From Squalus acanthias (taxonomy: Eukaryota): a stretch of 64,000 nt of DNA. Below, piece by piece: positions 25,049 to 37,900 of this stretch. The first letter of the stretch is position 1, and each line of letters starts with the position of its first letter. A program made the translations under genes and the position numbers. The notes beneath the pieces are model-generated. The model was not told the DNA's origin, did not search any database, and saw only the letters and a program-made list of their open reading frames with translations. The stretch spans positions 152,026,001-152,090,000 of the forward strand of contig CM059432.1 of the NCBI GenBank assembly GCA_030390025.1, written 5' to 3'.

Positions 25049-26203
25049 ATGGGTGCAGTAGTAGGCATTCCACTTGGACTATGACAGGGAGAATGACCAG
25101 AGGCGACACAGAGCAGGACAAGCTGCTGGCAGGAGGAGGAGGAGGAGAAGGTCTCTCAGCAGGAGGCCATATTTACCCAGGGTGTTCAGGGAGCAATACT
25201 CCTACCTGGTCCTCAGCGAGGAACAGTGTGTCAGACGTCTGTGCTTCACTAAGGACATCCTCACTGAAATTTGCAACCTGCTGCAGCCACAACTGCAACC
25301 TCAGAGCAGGGCAAGGACTGCACTGCCTGTGGCTGTGAAGGTGACCGTGGCGATAAACTTTTATGTGCAGGCTCCTTCCAGGTTGGAACTGGAGATATTT
25401 GCAACATCTCGCAGCTTGCCATGCACTGTTACATAAAGAATCATCAACTACTTGCAGGTTAGTGCTGATTGATTTCTACAGGCTCACTTAGGCTCCATAT
25501 TCCAAGAGAGCTGACTACATTTAATTTTCCCTTGCCAGAGAGCAGTAGGTGAAGTGAGCACACGACTTCGCGAGGATTGCAAGCTTCCCCATGGCGCAGG
25601 GTGTCGTTGATTGCACATACGTCGCTTTGCAGGCGCCACATGTCAACTCTGAGATGTACCGCAACCAAATGGGGTTCCACTCCCTCAACATCCTATTGAT
25701 GTGTGACCATACGCAGCGAATCATGCAGGTCAATGCCCAGTATCCTGGCAGCAGTCATGATGCCTTCATTCTGCAGCAGTCCGCTCTCCATTTATCCACC
25801 ACGACAAACCAAAGGGTGGCTACTGGGCGACAAGGGCTATCCGTTGATGACATAGCTCGTGACTCTGGTGTGCAACCCATGCACATGTGGGCAGCATGTA
25901 TACAATGAAAGACGTGCTGTCACATGAAATGTGATAGGGCAGACCATTGGCATGCTGAAACAACGCTTCCACTGCCTGGACCGCTCTGGAGGAGCCCTAC
26001 AGTACTCGGCAGATCAGGTGTCAAGACTCGTGGTGGTCTGCTGCATGCTGCACAACCTCACCATCATGAGGGCACAGCCCTTGCCACCAGCTATACGGCG
26101 AGCAGCTAAGGAGCAGGAGGAAGAGGAAGGGAGAAGGCAACCTAGACAACCCGTTTCTGGCTGGGCTGTCCGGGAACAACTTATCCGACTGTGAAACCAG
26201 TAA
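25049..26203 (+). pseudogene. Harbinger HARBI1-like transposase of copy D, frameshifted
   Basis: [69 protein letters not shown]. Confidence 0.9.
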
Positions 26204-26372
26204 ACGCAACCCCAATTCCCCATTCACCAACAGTCCCACACCTTACCTTTCCTCTGTTACTGACCATCACAGCGTCCACTTGGCCACAATGCAAAAATAA
26301 AAGCCAACACAAAATAAACATTCCAAACCAAATTTATAAATCAAACCTTGCCACATTGCATACAAATGTCAA

Positions 26373-28200
26373 CTAATCACTGTTGTACCTTCCGTTAGTG
26401 CCTGTCTTCCGTGTGCCTTTGCCTGTCCTAGTGCTCCTACGCAGTGCTACCCCAGTGGATGCAGCATGGTTGGTGGAAGGCTGCTGACTTTCAGTGGGGG
26501 AGACTGCAGATGGCCTTGTCGGATGACCCCGAGCAACTCTGGGCCTAGAAGGCCTGGCTTTGGACTGCACCACCTCCGCATGGGTGGCAGCAGTCTGGAC
26601 TGGCTGGCTGACAGGCAACAGCAAGGGCACTGGCTGAGTGGCAGTGGTGGGAGGACGAATACTGTCATCCTGAGAGAGGACAGCAGGTTTGTGCTACACG
26701 GAGCCACTGCCACTCCCCCGGGGCGTTGCCTCAGCAATCCTAGTAATCTGTTAGAGGACAGATTGCTAGACTGCTGTGACATCCTGCAAGATCCTTTGAA
26801 CATTGGTATCACAACCATGATTGCACCAGTCTGAGCTTGCACGGCAGCAAGCTGACCTTGCATGACAGAAGTCTGAGCCTTATCTGCAGCACTCAGACAT
26901 TGGGTCGCTTCCGCTTGTGCTGCAATGGCAGCTGAGACATTGGCCAGCAGACACTGTGTTATGGTTGGGTCCACAAATGTGCGAATGGAGTTGGCCACCA
27001 CTTCCACACTGGAAAGCATAGGCTTCAAGCTCTGCGCAATGGCCTGTGCCAAGTCGGTGCTAGACGACTCCACGCTCCTTGACATTGCACACAGGCTTTC
27101 TGGCAGGCCTGTCAATGCACCAAGCATTTCATTGTGAGTACCCATCAGCCTTTTTCTGTAGCCCGCCCATCGAAGTGTTCATCTGAGTCCTCTGCAGCAA
27201 AACCTGTGTGCGACCTCGCACCTGTGCCACCCTTGCCCCCTTCCCTGGCTGCAGGCCACTCTGGCCTGGTGTCTCACCACGTGCAGATCCTGCCTCTAAG
27301 CTATCCTCTAAATTACGTGCAGTGTCGGTATCTGAGCTGGTGGCTGCAAGTGTGAAATCGAGTGACTGCGTTTCTTCATCATCACTGTCTTGTTGCTCTT
27401 CCACCTGTTGATCTTCCACCACTGCCTGGCCAGGTTGCAGTTCTTGCGTATCTGAAAGAAGAAAGGCACAAGGGTAGGGTTGCAGTGCGGGGAGGGGGGC
27501 AAAGTAAGAGGTGCATGGTTACACCATCTGCAGCTTCTAAATCAGAAGAGATTGTGGGATGTGAGAAGGCGAATTATGTATGAGGATATTGTCATCTTCA
27601 ATTGATTCAGCCCCACTGCTGGCCATGGGCTCAGCAATTACCATTCCAATAATGTCCAGCACCGTCTCCTCCATGAGGGTTAGGAGATGCAGGCTTGCCT
27701 GTCCCCCACTGGTTAGCTCCTGCTGCCTCCGGTTGTGCGCCACCTTGTCCTGCAAGAGAGAGGGAAGTGTGTCAGAGTGTGATGCAATGTGTTTGGGTGA
27801 TGTGCCTGTCATGGTTGAATAGCTGGCAGTGTGTGCAAGCTGGGAGATGTGGGTGTGAGGCTTGCAGCAGTGCTAAGTGTGTGAGGGTGAGGTGAAGCTA
27901 TGAATGTTAGGTATCAGTCGTGATTGGTGAGATATGGCATTTGAAGATGAATTCACTGACCTTGACCACTCATGTGAGGTCATTGAACTTTTTGCGGCAC
28001 TGCATCCAGGTCCTCGGGACTTGACTCCTGGCATTGACCGCCATGACTATCTGCTCCCACTGCTTTTGCAAAATTTGTCTGGAGAGCCTACTGGCCCCCT
28101 GTAGATAGAACACATCTCTCCTCCTTTCCACCTCCTCCACCAAGGCCTCCAGTACAGCATCAGAAAATCTTGGTGCCTGCTCTCTCCCCTGTTCTGCCGT
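26373..28200 (-). pseudogene. Harbinger Myb/SANT-like gene of copy D, three exons, degenerate
   Basis: APRFSDAVLEALVEEV...RTWMQCRKKFNDLT; exon 2 DKVAHNRRQQELTSGG after a ttgcag acceptor; exon 3 acceptor tttcag near 27450. Confidence 0.85.
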
Positions 28201-29309
28201 TACTATGTCTTCTTCCAGGTCAGAATGTCTTCCACAGCTCCAGCCACAATGCACCTCTCCTTTAAGAGGTGCAGGCTGGCTTTAAGTAGTGCAGGCTAGC
28301 TTTAAATGGTGCTAGCATCACACAATCTTGGGCTCTCTGGTGAGGTGTTGCAGCCACTCAATAGCACAGTTAACGCTGGCTGCATATAGCAATCATGTAA
28401 ATTAGCAGGCAGCACGAAGTTGGCATGCTGCCTGAATCAGAAGCAACAGGCACGGATTAATTGCGCATTGTGATCCCCGCACCCGTTTTCAGGGGCTATC
28501 GAATTTAGCCCCCATACAGTACAAAAGCAAGGAAGTTATGTTAAACCATTATAATTTGCTAGTTAGATTTCCACTGGAGTATTGTGTCCAATTCTGGGCA
28601 CCACACTTTAGATAGGATGTCAAGGCCTTGGAGAGGGTGCAGAGGAGATTTACTCGAATGGTACCAGGGATGAGAGACTTAAGATATGTGGAGAGACTAG
28701 AGAAACTGGGATTGTTCTCCTTGGAGAAGATATGGTTAAGGGAAGATTTAATAAAGGTGTTTTAAATTATGAAGTGGTTTGATGGCATCAATAAGGAGAA
28801 ACTGTTTCCACTGGTAGAAGGGTCGGTAACAAATTTAAGATAATTGACAAAAGAACCAGAGGAGAGATGAGAAGAGTTTTTTTTTATACAGCGTGCTGTT
28901 ATGATTTGAAATGCACTGTTTGAAATGGTGGTGGCAGCAGATTCAATAATAACTTTCAAAAGGGAATTGGATAAGTTATTTTTGCCCGTTTTCCGCCTGG
29001 AAAAAATTTGTAGGGCTATGGGGAAAGAGCAGGGGTGTGGAACTAATTCAATAGCTCTTTCAAAGAGCCACACAGACACGATGGGCCAAATGGCCTCCTT
29101 CTGTTCTGTATGATTCTATAATCTAGTGGTATTGCCCTAGTGTAATTAATTCAGTTCAATGGGTAACATACTGATTATAATTAGGGCCTGCAGTATTATA
29201 AACCAGCATTTGATACTGGAATTGGCTGTTATTGATTCTAGATAAGCACAGAGATCAATGTGTTGCATCTCTTTCACTTCCCAGTGCTTCTTATAGAATT
29301 CAGGTCATA

Positions 29310-29583
29310 CTGACCTTGGTTATTGAAAGGATACAGAAAAAAGCAACCAGAATAATTGAGGGGTTGGAGGGATTGGATTTTGAAGAGCGATTATGTAAAT
29401 TGGGCATGTTCTCACTGGAAAAGAAAAAGTTGACAGGTGATATGATTGTTGTTTTTAGGATTCTAAAGGGACTGGATAATGTAGATCCTGACAAGCTGTT
29501 TCACCTGGTTCAACAGAGTAGAGCCAGAGGGCACGGCCTGCCCTTGAATGAGGGTAAATTCAAAACTAATCTGAGGAAACTAT
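29310..29583 (+). mobile_element. CR1 3' fragment, continuing briefly after 30211
   Basis: IERIQKKATRII...FSLEKKKLTGDMI...RARGH. Confidence 0.75.
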
Positions 29584-30211
29584 GGCTCTGATATTAATGG
29601 GGAGGTGGGGAGGGCGCAGGGGACACCAGTAGTGAGCGAAGAACCTGTCAAGGCTGGGGCGTAGAGGTCCAGCCGATCTTAACAGCCTCATTTGAATAAT
29701 TTTGGACAGAAGCCCGCCTGACAGCCTGGCTGGCGGGCAGGAGTGTTAGGTAGTGGCAGGAAGCCACAGCCAGAGACCCGTGTGGACGATCCACGGCAGT
29801 CAGTAGGGGCAGGAAGGCTCTGGGGCGTGATCAGGGCCATGATTGGGGAGGCAGAAAATCAGGGCTGGGGGAGGCCGCAGGTTTACTTGTGAGGCCTGGG
29901 GGAAGCACTCCTACTCCTCCTTCCCAACAAGAAATGCTAAAAGGAGCTGATCTTCAGCACTTACCGACAGTGTGGGACTCCCCTGACGTACAGTTAAGTT
30001 TAATTCTCGGCTCTGATGATGTCATTGGGCCGCAACCTTTGAATGTTAATTAGGGCCCCGCCTGCCTTTCATGGGAGCCTTGTTAACGGCCTCATTTGGG
30101 TTTGTAAAAATTTAAATGGACGGGAATGGGGCCGGGTTACTGGATCCCGATATTTTAACCTCCTCCTGAACCTCTACCCTCTGGGTGGGGCAGGGGGTTA
30201 AAATCAAGACC
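29584..30211. mobile_element. Non-autonomous Harbinger-like MITE
   Basis: TIRs GGCTCTGATATTAA / GGTCTTGATTTTAA; flanks tat/aat. Confidence 0.7.
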
Positions 30212-30879
30212 AATATTTTAGTGAGTGAGGTAGATCTTGACTTTGTGCAATATGTAAAACGGGTTATAGCGAGTCGTAAGCCCATTTTACATCTCTCCCA
30301 ATTTTTATTTTAATAAAATAGTAACATTCTGTTTTACATCCATATTATTAATAACACACACTGTTATTGCGTTTAACACACCTAGAGTTTCCTGTGGCAT
30401 TGCTCATGGTGAGTTGCAGGATATGCTGTTTTACAGTGACAGGAGCGTTACACCATGTCTTATGAAATAGTTGATCTAATTCTTCTTGTGTCACTCTCTC
30501 TCTATTTCTGTTTGTCCTTCATTTCTCTCCCCCCTCTCTCTCTCTCTATCTAGGGCATTTTTGTATTGGGGATGCCTTGAGGGGAAGTACTTGATATATG
30601 GGGTGCGAGGTCTCTGTGGAGAGGTTGGTGTGTGGGCCTTCACAAATGGGGTGATGTGAACACTTAAGGGGGACTGGAAGGGCTGTGTGAATAGTGGGTG
30701 GCTGGGAGTAGGGTGGTTTGGGATGTGGAAGTACTGAGATAAGTGGGATGTGGAAGCACTGGAGTGGACTGAATTGTAGTAGCACTGAGGTGGTGTACAT
30801 GTTTTGGGAGCACTGATTAGGGAATGTGGGGGTTGGAGGCAGTGGGATGTGGAACTGAAGGCAATGCAGGAGACACTAA

Positions 30880-31770
30880 GGGGTAAAAATTCAGTTGGTT
30901 GCGCCTCCCGTTAGCGCCTTAAGAGGGCGCTAATGGGGCGCAAAGCCGCTAACGCCCAGGCGCAGCGATGTTTGCGCCGCTCGAGAACTTAACTTGAGAT
31001 TGTGCGGCGGCGCTAAAACTTACCGCTGCGACCACCTGCGCGCGCAGATTGTGACGTCATTCCATGGTGCAACGCCCTTGTGGCGCCCTGGAGCGGAAAT
31101 TGAGTGGCGCCCCCTGCCTTACCGCCTGGCGCTTCCAACGACCGGAAGACTGGAACGCTATCAATCGCTGTGGGGCTGGGGGGGGCGCTATTTAAAGAGG
31201 GCCTCTTCCTGTCTTTTATTGTTGGTGGCATTTTTGAACTACGCATTCTGAGAGAGAGGGAGAGACTTCTGGAGAGATTCAATGTTGTGTGAAGGAGTTT
31301 TGGGTACTGAGCAGCACTTTGCAGGTTCATTTTGATTTGCCATTCCTTGTATCGATTTAGCAGAGACTGTGGGAGCTGCACTCTGAGCTCTTTGCCTGGT
31401 ACTCTCCATTGTTCTTTCCAGCACATTTGATGTGCAAGTCTCTCCAGGCCGAGATTCAAGGCTGCAATGAACAGGATGTGGATGGAAAGCAAGATTAACC
31501 ATCCCCTTTAAGAACTGGCCCGTGCCATTGTGTGTGTGTTCCATTGCTGACTGACATTACATGAGCTTCGCCAGCGCTCTGAGGTAGCGCCTCACTCCTT
31601 GGCCTTTGCGCCTTAAGACAGGTGTGCAGCGCCTGCTTTAGCACTCCACTCACCTCCCGGGGCGGTAAAAGTGAAGTTTCCAGTCAGTGCCGATAATTAG
31701 CGCCAGGCGCTAATATTTGCGTCCAGACGATATTTGCGCCCCAAATGGGGCGCGACCTAATTTCTACCCC
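30880..31770. mobile_element. Non-autonomous Harbinger element (891 bp)
   Basis: TIRs GGGGTAAAAATT / GGGGTAGAAATT; perfect TAA TSD at 30877-30879 and 31771-31773; subterminal agcgcc/ggcgct motif arrays. Confidence 0.9.
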
Positions 31771-32771
31771 TAAGTACCTGTCATACCATGGGAGCCAAGA
31801 GCCCAGTAGAAGTGCTATGATGGGTGGGAAGGGGAATGGCTGAAAAGTGGCATTAATAGTAGGGAATGGGCAAGAGGCATAGCAGAAGAGGCTGTGAAGC
31901 TGTTTTGATATGGGCAGTGGTCCAGGGGTACTGGAGGGAAGCAAGCAGAATTAAAATGCAGCCACAGAGGGGACTCAGTTGGTATACACATTGTGGCTCA
32001 AAGAGTATCAGGATCAAAAGCCCAACTGCACAAAACAAATTCAGGAAAGAATCAAAATGAAGTCTCAGGCCCCCTGAAAGAGGGTAGGCCTCTGCGGCTA
32101 AACCTTACTGGAATGATTTTCAACAGGAATAATTTTATAGGAAAGATTAAATATTTTTTGGAAATTATATTTAAGTTTCTATGAAGTTGTTATACTAGAA
32201 GTTGCAAGTTTAAGATCCATATAGTCGGCAAACCGAGGCTATCAAAGAAATTGGAAAAAGAATTGCTTGATTGATTTGGTTGGCTTGTTTTGTGGCACCT
32301 CCTGATATCTGGAATGAAATGAGTTTGTGGAGTCTCAACCTACTTCCTAGTGGGTGGTGTCCATAGCACAAGCTTGCCCATAATTTGGGCATTAAACTGG
32401 CAATCTTGCCTGGAGATGCAGCAAGAATGGTTGGCGTGGAGAACAGAAAAAAATCACGTGAAATGCTGCCCTGAGGTTGGGGTTCATGCACAAGGGACAG
32501 CTTTACTGTACAACTGGCTATGCCATACCTGATAAATGGTATCATCCAAGTTCATTAAGACAAAACTTATGATTTTGAGTTGTTGGGCAAAGACTACTTT
32601 CTAATTAAGCTAATGGCGTTTACCAGTATGTTGTATACAATTACCAAGTTATGCAACTGTTATTCCAACTAATGTAGCAGGTATGCATTTCAAACTTTGT
32701 AAATTTAAGTTAGCTATTTTGCATTATTAGTTAAAATATGGAAAGTTTACCTTGATTGCTTTTACCTCTCG

Positions 32772-33480
32772 GGGCTACAAATTCACCTCCTTTGCACCTC
32801 CCGTTAGCGCCTTTGGGGGGCGATAACGGGGCGCTATCGGCTTTGCGACCAGTCACGGCGAGAGTACCAATGCCTGCGAAATTCCAGTCGAGGTTTGCGG
32901 CAGCGGTATCCCCTAACGCTACGCTCACCTGCGCCCGGAGATCATGACATCATCGTGCTGCGCATCGCCCCGGACCTGAAATTTGGTTCCGCCCCCTGCA
33001 GCATCGCCGGGCGGCAACACCAATAGCTGCAGGAGGCGTTGTCAGGGAGGCCGGCCACTTGGGGAGCAGTATTTAAAGGTGATGATGGTTGCATGAAAAA
33101 AAAAATTTCTTAATGCCTTACGTCCATTTTTCAACATTTTCTTGGGCCGCGATCGATCAGCCCTGCACTCTGCTAGAGTGTCAGATCGTGGCTGCCATCG
33201 GTGACGAGGGACATCGTTTCAGTGCAGAGCCTGCAGCGATGGCCCTTCCCTTTAAGGGAGGGAAGGAGCCTCCGTTCCCGGCAGCGCCACCCTCGACATT
33301 GGGCAACGCTGCACCGTTACCGCCCCTCTTGCCGGCTTTAGCACTCCAAGGGAAGTGATAGCGCTTCACTTCCGTCCTGGAGCGCTAACAGCCAATTTAC
33401 AGGAAGCTCACAATTATTAGCGCCTGCCGCTAATTTTTCAAGATTTCAAAAGTTAGCGCCCCAACTCGAATTTCTCCTCC
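32772..33480. mobile_element. Non-autonomous Harbinger-like MITE
   Basis: TIRs GGGCTACAAATTC / GGAGGAGAAATTC; shares cctcccgttagcgcc with 30880-31770; flanks tcg/tag. Confidence 0.7.
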
Positions 33481-33489
33481 TAGGACTTC

Positions 33490-33830
33490 AGAATCATAAA
33501 GTCATAGAACCATACAGCACAAAGGAGGCCATTCTGCCCCTCATGCCTGTGCCGGCTCTTTGAAAGAGCTAATGAATTAGTTCCTCTCCCCTGCTTTCCC
33601 CATAGCCCTGTAAATTTTTCCCCTTCAAGTATTTATCCAATTCCCTTTGAAAGTTATTATTTAATCTGCTTTCACCACCCTTTCAGGCAGTGCATTCAAG
33701 ATCATAACAACTTGCTCAGTAAAGAAAATTCTCCTCATTTTATGCTAATTATGTCCTCTGGTTACCGACCCTCCTGCCAGTGGAAACAGTTTCTCCCTAT
33801 CTACTGTATCAAAACCCCTCATACTTGAAG
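33490..33830 (-). mobile_element. CR1 3' fragment
   Basis: Matches the CR1 3' ends at 21982-22329 and 54872-55212. Confidence 0.8.
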
Positions 33831-34154
33831 AATATCTGTGTAATAATAACCTATTTACTACAGCCAGCAGGACTCAGAATGGGAAGATCCTGCCTGACCA
33901 ACCTCCTCGACTTATTTGAGGAAGTAACATCCCAAATGGACTGTGGAAAGCCCTACAACATAGAGTGCCTAGAATTCCTAAAGACATTTGACAAAGTGCC
34001 CCATGAAAGGCTATCAGTAAAACTCAAAGTTGTGGGGATTCAGGGTAGACCCTGGAAATGGGTAAGAAACTGGTTGAAGGGTAGAAAGCAATGAGTACTC
34101 GTTTGAATAATTATGTTGGGGTGGGGTGCCCCAGGACTCAGCATTGGAAACAAT

Positions 34155-34615
34155 GGCTCATATTTTCCGATCGCAGGCCTCCCGCGGACGGAGGCCTGCA
34201 ATCTGGAAAAATCTACGCCCTTACCTGAGGGCTCCCGGGATGCACACGCTTCCGCTCCTGGGCCTCACCAAACTTGATGTGTGCAGGGCCCACGTATCCC
34301 AGGGGCGCATGTAGTTCGCAGCGTCCCTGGGATCACGTGGGCCATGGGGAGCCAATCACAGAAGGGAATCTCCCTTCATACATTTGACAGGAAGACCTGC
34401 CAAATATATGAATGGAGATCAATGAAAAAATATAGTAAAACTTTAAATAATTTTTTTTTTAAATCACATTTTTAAAATGACTTGAAATTACAATAAATTA
34501 AGTATTTTAAACAAAAATTTAATTTTTTGAAAAAAATATTTAAAGTTTTTTATGGGGCTAAAAATAAACGTACCTTTTTTTAAAGTATTTTTGTAGGGAT
34601 CGGAATATCTGGGTC
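34155..34615. mobile_element. Harbinger-like MITE inside an old CR1 RT fragment (about 33875-34695)
   Basis: TIRs GGCTCATATTTTCCGATC / GACCCAGATATTCCGATC; flanks aat/att; host encodes SCLTNLLDLFEEV, FDKVPHERL and, downstream, KFADETKL. Confidence 0.75.
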
Positions 34616-34694
34616 ATTATTACTTCTCATTTGCATAAATGATCTGGACTCAAATTCAATGCAAAGTGATCAAATTTGCTGATGAAACCAAACT

Positions 34695-36830
34695 AACACG
34701 CTGTGTTTAAAAAAAAAAATCCTCATATCGCCTCTGGTTCTTTTGCCAATGGCCTTAAATCTGTTCCCTCTGGTTACTGACCCTTCTGCTACTTCTCCTT
34801 ATTTACTCTATTAAAACCCTTCATGATTTTTAACACCTCTATCAAATCTCCCCTTGACCTTTTCTGCTCTAAGGATAACAAACCCAGCTTCCCTAGTCTC
34901 TCCACGTAACTGAAGTAATTCATCCCTGTACCATTCTAGTAAATATCTTCTGCACCCTCTCCAAGGCCTTGACTAAATTCCTAAAATGCGGTGCCCAGAA
35001 CTGGCCACAATACTCCAGCTGGGACCGAACCGGTGTTTTATAAAGGTTTAGCATACCTCCCCTGCTTTTGTACTCTACGCCTCTATTAATAAAGCCAAGG
35101 ATCCTGTTTGCCTTTTTAAAAGCCTTCTCAACTTGTCCTGCCACTTTCAAAGACTTGTATACATACACCCCCAGCTCTCTCTGATCCTGCACCCCTTTAA
35201 AATTGTACCATTTTGTTTATACTGCCTCTCCTCATTCTTCCTACCAAAATGAATCACTTCACATTTCTCTGCGTTAAATTTCATCTGCCATGTGTCTGCC
35301 CATTTCACCAATCAGTCTATGTCCTCTTGAAGTCTGTTACTATCCTCCTCACTGTTTACTACATTTCCGAGTTTCATGTCATCTGCAAACTTTGAAGTTA
35401 TGCCCGATATACCCAAGTCCAGATCATTTATATATATCAAAAAGAGCAGTGGTCCCAACACCGACCCCTTGGGGGACACCACTGCACACTTCCCTCCAGT
35501 CTGAAAAACAACCGTACACCACTACTCCCTGCTTTCTGTCTCTTAGTCAGTTTCATACCCACACTGACACTGCCCCTTTAATCCCATGGGCTTCAATTTT
35601 GCTAACGCGACTATTACGTGGTACTTTATCAAACGCCTTTTGAAAGTCTAGATACACAACATCAACCACACTACCCTCATCAACCCTCTCCATTACATAA
35701 TCAAAGAACTCAATCAAGTTAGTAAAACATGATTTGCCTTTAACAAATTCATGCTGGCTTTCATTTTCTAACCCATATTTTTCCAAGTGCTAATCAATTT
35801 TTTCCTGGATTAGTGTCTCTAAAGGTTTCCCAATGGGTGAGTGTCTACAGCACAAAATAGGCATTATACTGACAATCTTGCCTGGAGATGCAGCAAGGTT
35901 GGCGTGGAGAATGGAAAAAATTATGTGAAATACTGTCCTGAGTTAATGGGTTAATGCATAAGGGACGGCTTTACTGTAGAAATGGCTATGCCATACCTGA
36001 TAAATGTATCATCCAAGTTCATTAAGACCAAACTTATGATTCTGAGTTACGGGGAAAAGCCTACTTTCTAATTAAACTAAATGACATGGCGTATGCCAGT
36101 ATGTTGTATACAATTACCAAGTTAGGCTGACTAACCTGTAGTTGCCAGGTTTATCCCCCTCCCCTTTTTTAAACAGGGGTGTAACATTTGCAATCCTCCA
36201 GTCCTCTGGCACCACTCCCATATCCAAGCAGGATTGGAAGATTGTGATCAGAGCCTCTGCAATTTCCACCCTTACTTCCCTCAGCAAACCAGGTGACTTT
36301 TCTACTTTGAGCACTGCCAATTGTTTAAGTACCTCCTCTTTATCTATTTTTAATTCATCCAATTTCTCTACCCACTCCTCATTTACTGTGACATTGGCAG
36401 CATCCTCATCTTTAGTGAAGACAGATGGAATGTACTAATTTAATGCCTCAGCCTCCACAAGATCATCTCCTTTCTGGTCCCTAATCGGCCCCATCCTTCC
36501 TTTGGCTACCCTTTTACTTTTTATATGTTTATAAAAGACTTTTGGGTTCCCTTTTATGTTACCCGCGAATTTATTCTCATACACTCTCTTTTCCCCTCTT
36601 ATTTCCTTTTTCAGTTCACCTCTGTACTTTTTGTATTCATCTTGATTCTCTACTGAATTATGAACCTGACATTTATCATAAGCCTCCTTTTTCTGTTTCA
36701 TTTTAATCTCTGTATCTTTAGTCATCCAGGGATCTCTCGCTCTGGATGCCCTTCCTTTCCCCCCTCGTGAGAATGTGTCTAGTCTGTACCCGAACAATCT
36801 CCTCTTTGAAAGCCATCCATTGCTCATTTA
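34695..36830 (-). mobile_element. CR1 LINE ORF2, with a roughly 300-bp foreign insert at 35827-36124
   Basis: WRIANVTPLFKKG, YLDFQKAFDKVP, LEYCGQFWAPH. Confidence 0.9.
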
Positions 36831-36927
36831 CTTTGTTCTGTTACATAAGTAACACAAAAAAAACCTCCGCATTTTGCTCAGGGTGTGAAGTCTGTTTCCG
36901 TTCACTGATGCTAATTATTAGGTGATA

Positions 36928-37355
36928 AAAAGAAAGAACTTGCATTTATATAGTGCCTTTCACAACCTCAAAACCCCGAGCAATGAAAGTATATTTTTGA
37001 AGTGTAAGTTGCAATGTAGGACAAACATTGCAACCAATTTGCACACAGCAAGCTCCCACGAATAGCAATGAGATAAATAAAAAGATAATTTGTCGGTTAA
37101 GGGATAAATGTTAGCCAAGACACAGGAAAACTCCCCTGCTTTTTTTTGAATAGTGCTGTGGGATCTTTTATGTCAACCTGAAAGGAAAATGGTTAACATC
37201 TCATCTGAAAGACGGCATCTCCAACAGTGCAGCAATCCTTCAGTACTGCACTGAAGTGTCAGCCTAGATTATGTGCTCAAATACCTGGAATGGGGTTTGA
37301 ACCCACGGCCATCTAACTTAGGGGTGAGCGTGCCAAGACTGAGCAACGGCTGACA
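36928..37355 (-). mobile_element. tRNA-derived Deu-domain SINE (SacSINE1-like), near full length
   Basis: On -: B box gggttcaaacccc, then gtgcagtactga...gccgtctttcagatgag...aaaagatcccacagcactattc (Deu-like core), ending ctatataaatgcaagttctttc. Confidence 0.75.
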
Positions 37356-37611
37356 GCTAATAGTGAAATCTATTGTATCACATATGATTTCTTCAGCCAC
37401 TCGTTTGTAGCATTTTAGTCCAAAGGATGTAATTGTGATATTTTCCTAAGTTCATACAGAACATCAGATAACTGGCTGAGTAAAGAACTGACCTTTATAA
37501 ATAAGCTCAATAGTCAGAATTTAATCATAAACTTGCATCAGTGTCTCAGTATTAACGTAACAGAATTATATATCCAGAATTATATGCCTTGACCTGGTTC
37601 ATTTATGTATT

Positions 37612-37900
37612 TGTTTTTATTTGTTCCTGGGATGTGGGCGTTGCTGGCAAGGCCAGCATTTATTGCCCATCCCTAATTGCCCTTGAGAAGGTGGTGATGA
37701 GCCGCCTTCTTGAACCACTGAAGGTACTACCAGTAAGTGCTGTTAGGGAGGGAGCTCCAGGATTTTGACCCAGGGACGATGAAGGAACGGCAATATACTT
37801 CCAAGTCAGGATGGTGTGTGGCTTGGAGGGGAACTTGGAGGTGATGATGTTCCCATGTGCCTGCTGCCCTTGTCCTTCTAGGTGGTAGAGGTCGTGGGTT
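37612..37900 (-). mobile_element. LINE/SINE 3' end (a related copy at 58950-59370)
   Basis: gatgtgggcgttgctggcaaggccagcatttattgcccatccctaattgccc recurs in degenerate form near 58950. Confidence 0.65.

Larger units (their letters stand above)
24628..28513. mobile_element. PIF/Harbinger copy D, both ends present
   Basis: ATA direct repeat at 24625-24627 and 28514-28516 inside a CR1; imperfect TIRs GGCAGCAAGATTTGG / GGGGGCTAAATTCGA; two convergent genes. Confidence 0.9.
24270..29120 (+). mobile_element. CR1 3' half, split by Harbinger D
   Basis: ISKFADD at about 24305; aaatagaggcata before 24628 resumes as cagtacaaaagcaagg after 28516; 3' end near 29120. Confidence 0.85.
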
